A DNA stretch of 64,000 nucleotides, from positions 10,555 through 74,554 of the forward strand of contig CAZXUR010000002.1 of NCBI GenBank assembly GCA_964644245.1, given 5' to 3'. The position numbers and the translations under genes were made by a program. The number at the start of each line of letters is the position of its first letter. The first letter of the stretch is position 1. Below are positions 36,439 to 44,775 of the stretch, in pieces. The notes below the pieces were generated by a model. That model was not told where the DNA came from, made no database searches, and worked only from the letters and a program-made list of their open reading frames with translations. Origin of the DNA: an uncultured archaeon (GTDB lineage Archaea > Aenigmatarchaeota > Aenigmatarchaeia > CAZXUR01).

Positions 36439-37479
36439 ATGAGTTCGAAAGAGAGGCCTTTAGTCCTAGTGATAGATAGGGACAACGATATAGGAAGCAA
36501 AGTGGGTGTGAGCGGTCCAGTGGTTGAAAGGGACGAGGTGCTGGAGACTGCAAAAAAGTTAGCTCTGGCGGATCCAGAGGATTCTGATGCCAATACACTG
36601 TTTGCGGGCGTGAGACTTTACGACCAGTTGAAGAAGAAGAACAAGAATGTGGGAATAGCAGTGGTCTCTGGCGACCAGAGAGTGGGTGTGAAGTCAGACC
36701 AGGTCATTTCAAAGCAATTGGAGGAGGTTCTCAAGACACATTATGACGAGGCGATAGTTGTGAGTGATGGGGCCGAGGATGAGTATGTGATACCAGTGGT
36801 CCAGTCGCACATAAAGATAGCATCTATAAAAAAAGTGGTGGTCAAGCAAAGTGAGAATTTAGAGGGTGTTTACTACTTGTTTGTGAAGTTTTTCAAAGAC
36901 ATGCTGAACGAGCCTTCGACCGCCAGGATATTCCTGGGCATCCCGGCCATAGTACTCCTCATATTCGCCCTGCTTGGGACCACTGGATGGAGACTGGTTT
37001 TGGGAGTGTTGGGGGTATACCTCATGATACGCGGCTTCCAGCTGGAGAAATACATATTTGCAGTGCAAGAGGAAATGGTCAAGGCCCTGAAGAGAGGTAC
37101 GGTTTCTTTTTTCCTCTACTTTGTGGGTGGTGCTTTCTTGATAATCGGGGCAGCCCAAGGGTACTGGAAGATGGAGGAATATGCAGCCTTTGACCTGTTC
37201 ACGTCTGGCCTGGCGCTTGTTAATGGTGCTATAAACACGTTTTTCTTTGCCGGGATACTTTTCTGGCTGGGAAAACTACTCATAACTTATTCCAGCGGCA
37301 AACCCCTTTCACGCCACTTCACAATATTAGCGTTGATGTTCTCCATAAACATAGTGGTGCTAAACGCCACCGGACTTCTCCTGACGCCTGAAAAAGGCAT
37401 ATATGACCTGATTCTTGCCATATTCATCGGGTTCCTAGTACTCACCGGGACCATGATAATAGAAAAGATCAACAGATAG
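36439..37479 (+). CDS. Conserved archaeal membrane protein (DUF373-like)
   Basis: Soluble N-terminal domain ERPLVLVIDRDNDIGSKVG...SDGAEDEY followed by 5-6 TM helices. The start is uncertain (36430 or 36439). Confidence 0.5.
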   Translation: MSSKERPLVLVIDRDNDIGSKVGVSGPVVERDEVLETAKKLALADPEDSDANTLFAGVRLYDQLKKKNKNVGIAVVSGDQRVGVKSDQVISKQLEEVLKTHYDEAIVVSDGAEDEYVIPVVQSHIKIASIKKVVVKQSENLEGVYYLFVKFFKDMLNEPSTARIFLGIPAIVLLIFALLGTTGWRLVLGVLGVYLMIRGFQLEKYIFAVQEEMVKALKRGTVSFFLYFVGGAFLIIGAAQGYWKMEEYAAFDLFTSGLALVNGAINTFFFAGILFWLGKLLITYSSGKPLSRHFTILALMFSINIVVLNATGLLLTPEKGIYDLILAIFIGFLVLTGTMIIEKINR

Positions 37480-37513
37480 ATAGTTTTAATAGTGTAAGCG
37501 TTGAAATAATAGT

Positions 37514-37723
37514 ATGAAAACAGAATTACCACTTGCACCAGTAAAGAAGATTCTCAAGAAGAGCGGTGCGAATAGAATATCAAAGGACGCGGTAATTGCT
37601 TTCGCAAAACTGCTGGAAGATGTGGCTGCTGACGTGGCAGCCGAGGCCGTAGTAATGGCAGAACATGCGGGAAGGAAGACCGTGGTCAGGAAGGATGTAA
37701 AACTCGCCAGAAAAAGTGATTGA
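37514..37723 (+). CDS. Archaeal histone (HMf family)
   Basis: 69 aa: LPLAPVKKILKKSGANRISKDAVIAFAKLLEDVAADVAAEAVVMAEHAGRKTVVRKDVKLA. TATA-like TTTTAATA lies about 25-30 nt upstream. Confidence 0.9.
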   Translation: MKTELPLAPVKKILKKSGANRISKDAVIAFAKLLEDVAADVAAEAVVMAEHAGRKTVVRKDVKLARKSD

Positions 37724-37981
37724 ATGGCTGAAAACCAAAAAGTTTTTAAAATAATTACAGCAGTGATGATAGTTGTTTGCGTGTTGGGCATATTTATGGG
37801 GTTGTCCCTGACCGCGCAGATGGTATCGGACTTGCCGGAGAATGAAGTACTTACCACCAGAGCAAACAGTCTCCTGGACTGCCGGGGAAAATGCATAAAC
37901 ATGTGCAGGGAAGCAGGGAAGCGGTTCGAGCATGGGAGTTTCGACCAGGATTTCTCTTCTTGTGAGTGTTTCTGTTATTAA
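37724..37981 (+). CDS. Small membrane-anchored Cys-rich protein, unknown function
   Basis: 85 aa. One TM helix, then six Cys residues in the C-terminal part. Confidence 0.4.
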   Translation: MAENQKVFKIITAVMIVVCVLGIFMGLSLTAQMVSDLPENEVLTTRANSLLDCRGKCINMCREAGKRFEHGSFDQDFSSCECFCY

Positions 37982-38011
37982 CTTTATATCCTAACTGATG
38001 AAGATTTTTAT

Positions 38012-38419
38012 ATGCGTGCACAGTCGGGTACCTTCTACATTATACTCGTGGCCCTGGCCATATCCATTGCGCTCCCGTTTTCCCTCCTGGGGATGGTAAC
38101 TTCCTCAGAGACCCAGACTGAATACAATTACAAGAAGGCAGCTAGGACCATAGGAATGGCAGCGGATGAAATTTACCGGGCCGGAGGAGGACAACGTGAA
38201 GTCTATGTGAACTTCCCAAAAGGACTGGAGGAAGCTATAATTGAGAATCGTACCATAAAAATTGTCTATAAATCAGGAGAGGGGGTGAAAGAGGTTTTTT
38301 TCAGGACCAGGGGGTCTGTCAACGGAAGTCTGAGCGCTAACAAAGGCAGCCAGAGAGTGTTCCTTTCCTATCTGCAGGGTGACACAGTTCACGTCAAGGG
38401 TAGGACATTAAAAGATTGA
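38012..38419 (+). CDS. Archaeal type IV pilin-like protein (class III signal peptide)
   Basis: N-terminus MRAQSGTFYIILVALAISIALPF: short and basic, then Gln/Ser, then a hydrophobic helix. Confidence 0.5.
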   Translation: MRAQSGTFYIILVALAISIALPFSLLGMVTSSETQTEYNYKKAARTIGMAADEIYRAGGGQREVYVNFPKGLEEAIIENRTIKIVYKSGEGVKEVFFRTRGSVNGSLSANKGSQRVFLSYLQGDTVHVKGRTLKD

Positions 38420-38433
38420 AACCTATTAATTGT

Positions 38434-39399
38434 ATGGAGAAGTTGATTTCTAAAATTGCGGAAGGCTCGGACCTTTCAGAGAAAGAAGTGGAAAAGAAAA
38501 TAAAGGAAAAAGAAAGGGAGCTTTCCGGTCTGGTCTCTCCTGAGGGTGCTGCATACATAGTTGCCAAAGAACTTGGATTAGACCTCCTCGAGAAGAGAGA
38601 GAACCGCTTGAAGCTCACCAACATAATCCCTGGTATGAGGAATGTGAGTTTGGTGGGAAAGGTGATGTCAGTCTCAGATGTGAGGGAATTCGAGAAAGAC
38701 GGGAGGAAAGGTAAAGTTGCCAATGTGGTGATTGGGGACGAGACGGGGTCAGTGAGGATGTCCCTGTGGGACAAAGAAACCCAACACATAGGCAAGACCT
38801 TCTCAGAGGAGAATGTGGTTGAGGTAAAGGGGGCCTACGTGAAAGAGGACAACCTAGGCAACCCGGAAGTCAGGGTCGGCAAATTTGGTAAATTTTCACT
38901 GAGCAAGGAAAAAATAGACAAGGTCAAAAAAACGCCCCGCGGGGGCAAGGCAAAAAGGATGTCTTTGTCGGAAGGAAAGGAGGGCGATTTCATAGAAAAC
39001 CGGGCAGCAATCACCAATATATTCGAGGGAAAATATTTCTTTGAAGTGTGTCCAAAATGTGACTCTTCTCTCAAAGACGGAAAATGCAAGGAACACGGGA
39101 AGGTCAAGGGCAAAAAAGCGATGTTCCTGACCGGGACCATAGACGACGGTACCGGAAACATGAGATTCGTAGTTTACAGGGATACGGCTGCCAAACTTTT
39201 GGGGCTGAAGGATGAAAATGTGAGTGAGAAAGAGATATCCAAGGCGTCAAAGAAAATCATAGGAAAGGAATACCTGTTTGTAGGGAGAGTAAAGAAGAAT
39301 GCCTATTTCGAGAACCTGGAGATGTCCGTGTCGAGAGTTGAGGAAGTTGATTTGAAGAAGGAGATAAATAATTTAGCAAAGGAGGTTAGAAATGGATAA
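38434..39399 (+). CDS. Replication protein A-like ssDNA-binding protein (OB fold plus zinc ribbon)
   Basis: OB-fold pattern VSLVGKVMSVSDVREFEKDGRKGKVANVVIGDETGSVRMSLWD. Zinc ribbon CPKCDSSLKDGKCKEHG. I prefer the ATG at 38434. Confidence 0.75.
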   Translation: MEKLISKIAEGSDLSEKEVEKKIKEKERELSGLVSPEGAAYIVAKELGLDLLEKRENRLKLTNIIPGMRNVSLVGKVMSVSDVREFEKDGRKGKVANVVIGDETGSVRMSLWDKETQHIGKTFSEENVVEVKGAYVKEDNLGNPEVRVGKFGKFSLSKEKIDKVKKTPRGGKAKRMSLSEGKEGDFIENRAAITNIFEGKYFFEVCPKCDSSLKDGKCKEHGKVKGKKAMFLTGTIDDGTGNMRFVVYRDTAAKLLGLKDENVSEKEISKASKKIIGKEYLFVGRVKKNAYFENLEMSVSRVEEVDLKKEINNLAKEVRNG

Positions 39400-40327
39400 A
39401 ATCAAAGAACTGGATGGCGTCGGACCAAAGACTGCAGAGAAACTCAAGGAATCAGGGTACAACGACTTCATGTCCATAGCAGCCGCCTCTGCCGGGGAAG
39501 TCGCAGAAGGGGCAGACGTGGGAGAAGCAACTGCCCAGCGGATAATATCCTCTGCTCGGAAGAAAGTCAAGATGGGCTTTGATTCCGCGGACAAGATACT
39601 GGAGAAGCGAAAGGAGATAGGAAAAATCACCACCGGGAGTAAAATGTTGGATGATCTTTTGGGTGGTGGTGTAGAGAGCCGTTCGATAACAGAAGTCCAC
39701 GGGGCATACGGCTCCAGCAAGACACAGTTAGCGCTGCAGCTTGCGGTAAACGTCCAACTCTCCGAGAAGAAGGGGGGTTTGGAAGGCAGTTGTGTGTTCA
39801 TAGATACGGAGGGCACTTTCAGGCCTGAAAGGGCCGTGCAGATGGCCAAAGCACTTGGGCTTGAGCCGGACAAGGCGCTCAAAAACATATACGTAGCCAG
39901 GGCTTATAACAGTGACCATCAAGTGTTGTTGGCAGAAAAGTCGTCTGAATTATTGGAGAAGAAGAAAGTAAGGCTGCTAGTAATTGATTCACTAACCGGA
40001 CTTTTCAGGAGTGATTACACCGGTAGGGGAGAATTGGCTGCCAGGCAACAGAAACTGAACAGACACCTTCACGACCTGCAGCGTCTCTCGGACATCCACA
40101 ACATATCTATATACGTCACCAACCAGGTGATGGCAAACCCGGCCGTATTGTTCGGAGACCCCACCACAGCCATAGGGGGGCACGTCCTTGGTCACGCAGC
40201 CACTTTCCGGATTTATCTGAGGAAGAGTAAAAAGAATACCAGGGTGGGAAGACTTATAGACTCGCCCAGCATGCCAGAGGGTGAGGCGGTGTTCGTGGTG
40301 AATGAAAAAGGCATCAGAGACAAGTAA
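39392..40327 (+). CDS. radA: DNA repair and recombination protein RadA
   Basis: HhH N-terminal domain LDGVGPKTAEKLKESGY. Walker A HGAYGSSKTQLALQL. 311 aa. 8-nt overlap with the RPA gene. Confidence 0.9.
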   Translation: MDKIKELDGVGPKTAEKLKESGYNDFMSIAAASAGEVAEGADVGEATAQRIISSARKKVKMGFDSADKILEKRKEIGKITTGSKMLDDLLGGGVESRSITEVHGAYGSSKTQLALQLAVNVQLSEKKGGLEGSCVFIDTEGTFRPERAVQMAKALGLEPDKALKNIYVARAYNSDHQVLLAEKSSELLEKKKVRLLVIDSLTGLFRSDYTGRGELAARQQKLNRHLHDLQRLSDIHNISIYVTNQVMANPAVLFGDPTTAIGGHVLGHAATFRIYLRKSKKNTRVGRLIDSPSMPEGEAVFVVNEKGIRDK

Positions 40328-40735
40328 TCAGAGTTTGAAAATCCTGCTGCCGTCAAAAGGTTCTATAGGCAGGGCGTTCAGGAACGCACTCATGACACTG
40401 GCAACTAGAAGTATGAAAAGAAAATCCTTCCACAAAGGGCTGTCAACTTTTCTGAAAAGTATGAAGGACATACCTGCTGTAAGCAAATTAAAGGCAATGC
40501 CTCCCCAGGCGATAAAGACGGTTTCTTCCGGAGTGAGGGGACGACTGAAGACGGTGGCAAAACCATATGCCTGCAGACCCCGATCCGGTCCTGAGATGAA
40601 CACTACTTCTGAATCCTGACCCACAGCCAGTCCAAAAGCCACGTGACCCATCTCATGGGTGAAAATTATCAGTGAAAGTATCAGAATGGATAGGCATACC
40701 TCTTTCAAAAGTGTTTTACTACTATATAGTGACAT
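40328..40735 (-). CDS. Small membrane metalloprotease-like protein (M50/S2P-like)
   Basis: HEMGH zinc motif within a TM helix, plus NALPIEPFDGSRIF. Confidence 0.6.
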   Translation of the reverse strand: MSLYSSKTLLKEVCLSILILSLIIFTHEMGHVAFGLAVGQDSEVVFISGPDRGLQAYGFATVFSRPLTPEETVFIAWGGIAFNLLTAGMSFILFRKVDSPLWKDFLFILLVASVMSAFLNALPIEPFDGSRIFKL

Positions 40736-40768
40736 AAAGTAAAGAATTGGATAAACTTTAAAACGTTA

Positions 40769-40799
40769 GTGTTTGGGGGAACTGTCGGTTAAAACCGAC
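40769..40799. repeat. Conserved G-string plus hairpin element (copy 2)
   Basis: GTGTTTGGGGGAACTGTCGGTTAAAACCGAC with a perfect 6-bp stem GTCGGT/ACCGAC. It lies downstream of the minus-strand PRC-barrel gene. Confidence 0.5.
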
Positions 40800-40844
40800 A
40801 AAAAATGGATTAAAAGTCTTCAGTTAGAAGTGTTATTTAATTAA

Positions 40845-41105
40845 TTAAACAATTTCCTTCTCACTGATTATAACAAAATCCCCGACTGACTTGACAGTAG
40901 AGAAGGGTACAAGGAACCTGCCTGAAGTGTCCTGTTCTAGTCTCAGGGTGTCGGCTGCTTCAGTGGAATTGTTCAGAACTAGATGGAGCAGTTCTCCGCT
41001 CTCTGTTATGAATCTGATATCCCCGACATCTCCAAATTTCTTTCCGGTTTCTTCGCTCACGATTATCTTTCCTATGAGCCCTCTTCCTTTTGTCTTTGAT
41101 TTCAT
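40845..41105 (-). CDS. PRC-barrel domain protein
   Basis: GKIIVSEETGKKFGDVGDIRFITESGELLHLVL. I prefer the ATG at 41105, which has AAGGTGG upstream. Confidence 0.55.
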   Translation of the reverse strand: MKSKTKGRGLIGKIIVSEETGKKFGDVGDIRFITESGELLHLVLNNSTEAADTLRLEQDTSGRFLVPFSTVKSVGDFVIISEKEIV

Positions 41106-41128
41106 CAAACCACCTTCTACTATTGGAT

Positions 41129-41677
41129 TCAAAGTTTAAAAACCTTTCTTACTAAATCCCTTACTGCCCTGTCCGCTTCCTTCTTTGTCATCTCTGTGGT
41201 GTCGATGGCGTAGTCTGCCGAATTGATGAGAGACTTAACCCCAAAACCAATCTCTCTCTTGTCTCTTTCTTCCAGGTCCTTCATCTTGCTGGGGTCGTCA
41301 GACCTTTTCCTCTTATGGAGCCTGCGGAACCTTTCTTTTTTGGAGCAGCGGATGGCAATTACCACGGTCTTAAAGTGTTTGTTGAGCAGTTTCAGCTGTT
41401 TCTTGGACCTCAATCCCTCTATCACAAATAGTTTCTTCTTGGTCTTCACATCCTTCTTCAACTCTGATATGAGCCATGAAACGTGGTCGTCGTGGAAGAA
41501 TCTGGAAACCTTTGCCATGTTCTCTTTTGTGGGCTCCAGGTCCAGTTCTTCAGTGGTCTCCCTTATTATATCACCGGAAGTATACACTCTCAGTCCCAGT
41601 GACTCGCACGCCTTGGCAGCGGAGGTCTTACCAGAGCCGGGCATACCTACAAACACGATAGCAGTTTTTTTGGTCAT
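41129..41677 (-). CDS. P-loop nucleotide kinase-like protein (dephospho-CoA-kinase/UPF0200-like)
   Basis: Walker A VFVGMPGSGKTSAAK. 182 aa. Confidence 0.55.
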   Translation of the reverse strand: MTKKTAIVFVGMPGSGKTSAAKACESLGLRVYTSGDIIRETTEELDLEPTKENMAKVSRFFHDDHVSWLISELKKDVKTKKKLFVIEGLRSKKQLKLLNKHFKTVVIAIRCSKKERFRRLHKRKRSDDPSKMKDLEERDKREIGFGVKSLINSADYAIDTTEMTKKEADRAVRDLVRKVFKL

Positions 41678-42729
41678 GCTTTCACCATCATAGTGTTAAC
41701 CGAGGAGGAAGGTTTGTACACGAAACTCCTTCCCTCTTTTTCTCTCTTCACCAAACCTTCGCTCATCAACCTTTTCAAAAGGTTATTCACGGAGCGTGTA
41801 GCGTGCCCTTTAGACTTGTAACCATGGTCCATTGTTTCTGCTATTTTTGCAGCAGATCCGCTGCCCATGTTTATCAAAGCTTCCAGCACTTCTTTTTGTT
41901 TTGATGGCAGTTCTTCAATCGCTTCCATGGACAATCTGTCCTTCTTCTTGGGTTTTCTTTTTTCTACCTGGAGATTAGTCAACTCTAACGTCTCTTTTTC
42001 GATGGCATTGTTAATTACCTGGTCACATGCCTTCAATATTTCCCTGGGAAATCCACCGGTCTTCATGTAGATATCTTCTATGATTTCAGGTGTGAAGGGC
42101 TCCATACCTTCACCGCCCACATTTCCTATCCTTCTTTTTATCAACTGCTCCGTTTCATCATGCGTTAGTGTGGTTAATTCAATTTTGGTGGTGATTCTTT
42201 TGTAAAATGTCTGGAGTTTGTCTTTGAGAATATCCTCAAAAATGGGCAGACCCGCAAGGACCAAACTCATGTTGTCTATATGGTCATTCAAAACCCTCAG
42301 CCATTCCAGGACTTCTATGGGTGCCTCGTGTGCTTCGTCTACCAGAAGGACGAATTGTCTGTCAGGCATTCTGATAGAGACATATTCAGAGAGATTGTAG
42401 AGATTGGGCTCCCTTCTGAGTATCCTGTCCCATATAGAGGGAGAAAATTCGTCAGAAGTGAAAATGGTGATCAAATCAGCAGGGTTTTTGGGGGGTTTAC
42501 TCAGGTATTTAACATGACAGTTCTGTAGTTGCTTGCTAAGCCATTTGAGGAGGGTGGTCTTTCCCGCTCCAGTGGGCCCTGTAACCAGTGCTACCTTGTG
42601 GAGTTCCTGGAGGTGGTTTTGTATTTTGTCCACTTGTTCTTTATAACCGACAAAAAGAGAGGGTGATATGGTGAGTGTGAACGGGTTGGTGTTCCATCCC
42701 ACTTCCTGGAACCACTCTTTAGTAGCCAT
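41674..42729 (-). CDS. AAA+ ATPase with a C-terminal winged-helix domain (Orc1/Cdc6-, ATPase_2- or ExeA-like)
   Basis: NPFTL...FVGYKEQVDKIQNHL lead-in. Walker A LVTGPTGAGKTTLL. Walker B LLVDEAH. A Lys-rich linker, then the wHTH EVLEALINMGSGSAAKIAETM...LLKRLMSEGLVKRE. Its 5' end faces the box array. Confidence 0.6.
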   Translation of the reverse strand: MATKEWFQEVGWNTNPFTLTISPSLFVGYKEQVDKIQNHLQELHKVALVTGPTGAGKTTLLKWLSKQLQNCHVKYLSKPPKNPADLITIFTSDEFSPSIWDRILRREPNLYNLSEYVSIRMPDRQFVLLVDEAHEAPIEVLEWLRVLNDHIDNMSLVLAGLPIFEDILKDKLQTFYKRITTKIELTTLTHDETEQLIKRRIGNVGGEGMEPFTPEIIEDIYMKTGGFPREILKACDQVINNAIEKETLELTNLQVEKRKPKKKDRLSMEAIEELPSKQKEVLEALINMGSGSAAKIAETMDHGYKSKGHATRSVNNLLKRLMSEGLVKREKEGRSFVYKPSSSVNTMMVKA

Positions 42730-42750
42730 AAATCATCATATTCTATATTG

Positions 42751-43256
42751 GTCCGGATGTTTAAATAGTTTCACGTCCGGATGTGAAGTTCACATAGTAA
42801 ATGTGAAAGTAATGTGAAGTTCACGTGAAAGTAAATCCTCAAATGTCTCAAAAAACCGGGTTTGAGGGGTGTTTTGAAAAAGGCGTGAAGTTCACGTGAA
42901 GGTAATGTGAAGTTCACATAGTAAATGTGAAAGTAATGTGAAGTTCACATTCAGATGTGAAGTTCACGTGAACAAATGTGAAAGTAATGTGAAGTTCACG
43001 TGAAACTCGGAAATGCCTTAAAAGGGGGTTAAATTGAGTATTTGGACGTATATGACGATTTTAAGGGGGCACGAACTTCACACAGAAAAATGAACTTCAC
43101 GTGAAGGTAATGTGAAGTTCACATTCAGATGTGAAGTTCACGTGAACAAATGTGAACTTCACGTGAAGTTCACACGAAAAATGTGAAGTTCACGTGAAGT
43201 TCAGTTATGGGCCATTTGAGGGCCTCTGAGGGGGTGCTAGAAAAAATGAACTTCAC
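42751..43256. repeat. Array of GTGAA-N-TTCAC 11-mers (13 full copies, 3 degenerate copies, 9 half-sites)
   Basis: Full copies start at 42783, 42814, 42885, 42907, 42938, 42957, 42989, 43112, 43131, 43152, 43163, 43183 and 43194. Larger duplicated modules: 42781-42824 = 42905-42948 and 42933-42982 = 43107-43156. No ORF is present. Confidence 0.9.
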
Positions 43257-43257
43257 A

Positions 43258-43569
43258 TTACGATAATTTCATGATTTTCATGATTTCTATTAGTTTTTTG
43301 ATGGTTATTCCCTTCTCCAAGTTCTTTACCACCAAAGGCTTCAACTTTATCAATCTCACACCAAAGTAGCGCCCGTCCTCCATGTATCCCACGTTATCCA
43401 CGGCTGAGCTCAATACCTTGTCTATATAGTAAGAAACGGTGGAAACCGGTAGTTTTGCCTCTCTGGCCAGTCTTCTGAGCCACAAACCATCCGGATATTC
43501 GTACAATACGCGTATGATCTTGCTCGCCTTCCGTATATCAGGGCCTTTGGGCCTGCCAACCTTTGCCAT
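43258..43569 (-). CDS. Small winged-helix DNA-binding protein
   Basis: VLYEYPDGLWLRRLAREAKLPVSTVSYYIDKV, a paralogue of 61088-61372. I prefer the ATG at 43569. Its stop lies 2 nt from the last box of the array. Confidence 0.55.
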   Translation of the reverse strand: MAKVGRPKGPDIRKASKIIRVLYEYPDGLWLRRLAREAKLPVSTVSYYIDKVLSSAVDNVGYMEDGRYFGVRLIKLKPLVVKNLEKGITIKKLIEIMKIMKLS

Positions 43570-43575
43570 TATCAC

Positions 43576-43919
43576 TCACAGTTAGTTTTTTGAACACTGT
43601 TCAATATATATTTTTCTATACTCTAAACGTCCCTTTTCACGGTGTAACTAACATCATTTCAATCTTTTGAAGGTCCAAAAATGCTTAAATTTTCCTTTAT
43701 TTTTATATAAACAGTTAAATCCACGTATAAGTAGTTTAAATTTGATATAAATATAGATATAGTCACAAAAATGTTATTTATAACTCTTTTAACTTATTTA
43801 TGTCTTTTTTAGAACTTTAAATTCTTTTAGAAGTGTTTTTAGTGTTTTAGGTTGAAAAAATGGAAAAAAGTAAAACTCTCAAAAAACAATCTTTTTATTT
43901 TTAAAAGATATATATAACT
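43576..43919. other. 344-bp strongly AT-rich ORF-free spacer (divergent promoter region / candidate unwinding element)
   Basis: Runs such as TTTTATATAAAC, AAATTTGATATAAATATAGATATAG and TTTTTATTTTTAAAAGATATATATAAC. No ORF of 60 aa or more. Confidence 0.5.
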
Positions 43920-44453
43920 ATGCGATGTTTTCTCGCTGTGGACGTGCCCGAAGAACTCAGGAAGAAGTTCATGGACGTACAAAGAACTTTTTCCGGGGTG
44001 TGCAGGGCAAAATTTGTTGAGCCTGAGAACCTTCATATAACACTGAAATTCTTCGGAGACGTGGATGAGGACAAAGTAAAGGAGATAATCGAAGAAATAG
44101 CCAAATTCAACGACGAAACCCCGGTAAAAGTGCGTTTTACGCGTATAGGTGGGTTCCCAAGCAACACCTATGTGAAAGTTTTGTGGATAGGGGTTGCCGG
44201 TTTGGAAGAATTGCAGGAAAAGCTGTCAAAAGCCGCAGAAAGCCTTGGTTTCCCCACTAAAAGGAAGGAAAAGCCCCATTTGACCATAGGCAGGGTAAAG
44301 TCAGTTTCCTCTAAAAAAGACTTCTTGGAGAAGATGGACCAAAAAGGCCCTTTTGGTGAGATGACTGTAAAAAATATTAAACTTAAGAAAAGTGACCTCA
44401 CAAAACAAGGTCCTGTTTACGAGGATTTAAAAGTATTTGAACTGGGTGGTTGA
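43920..44453 (+). CDS. RNA 2',3'-cyclic phosphodiesterase (LigT/ThpR, 2H family)
   Basis: Two H-x-T/S motifs: HITLKFFG and HLTIGRV. 177 aa. Confidence 0.85.
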   Translation: MRCFLAVDVPEELRKKFMDVQRTFSGVCRAKFVEPENLHITLKFFGDVDEDKVKEIIEEIAKFNDETPVKVRFTRIGGFPSNTYVKVLWIGVAGLEELQEKLSKAAESLGFPTKRKEKPHLTIGRVKSVSSKKDFLEKMDQKGPFGEMTVKNIKLKKSDLTKQGPVYEDLKVFELGG

Positions 44454-44775
44454 GACGGCGAAAGTCTATTTACTCCTCTCTCTTCTGGGTTTGTTAATAC
44501 TTTCAACACTCGTTTTTGTGTTTCCCAACCGAGTAAAAATCTGTGAAATTGACCAGTCCATGGTCGGGGATGTAGTACTGGTAAGGGGAACTGTCACTTC
44601 CGAGCGCGTCTCTGGGTCCAACACGTTCATGGTGATTGGAGGTGACTGTGAAGTGTCGGTGGTTTTTTTCAGACCAGTCAGTGTGGAAGAGGGAAATTTA
44701 GTGGAAGTGAGGGGAGAAGTAAATAAATATGAGGGAGAACTGGAAATAATCGGTAAATCTATAAATCTTTCCTGA
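44437..44775 (+). CDS. Membrane-anchored OB-fold protein
   Basis: N-terminal TM helix, then VVLVRGTVTSERVSGSNTFMVIGGDCEVSVVFF...EGNLVEVRGEVNKYEGELEI. No ATG start is available (TTG at 44437 or GTG at 44446). Confidence 0.5.
   Translation: MNWVVETAKVYLLLSLLGLLILSTLVFVFPNRVKICEIDQSMVGDVVLVRGTVTSERVSGSNTFMVIGGDCEVSVVFFRPVSVEEGNLVEVRGEVNKYEGELEIIGKSINLS

Noticed and set aside
42751-43256. Possible CRISPR array
   Set aside because: The repeats are only 11 bp, palindromic, irregularly spaced at 11-32 bp, and often directly abutting. There are no unique spacers of uniform length and no cas genes in the window.
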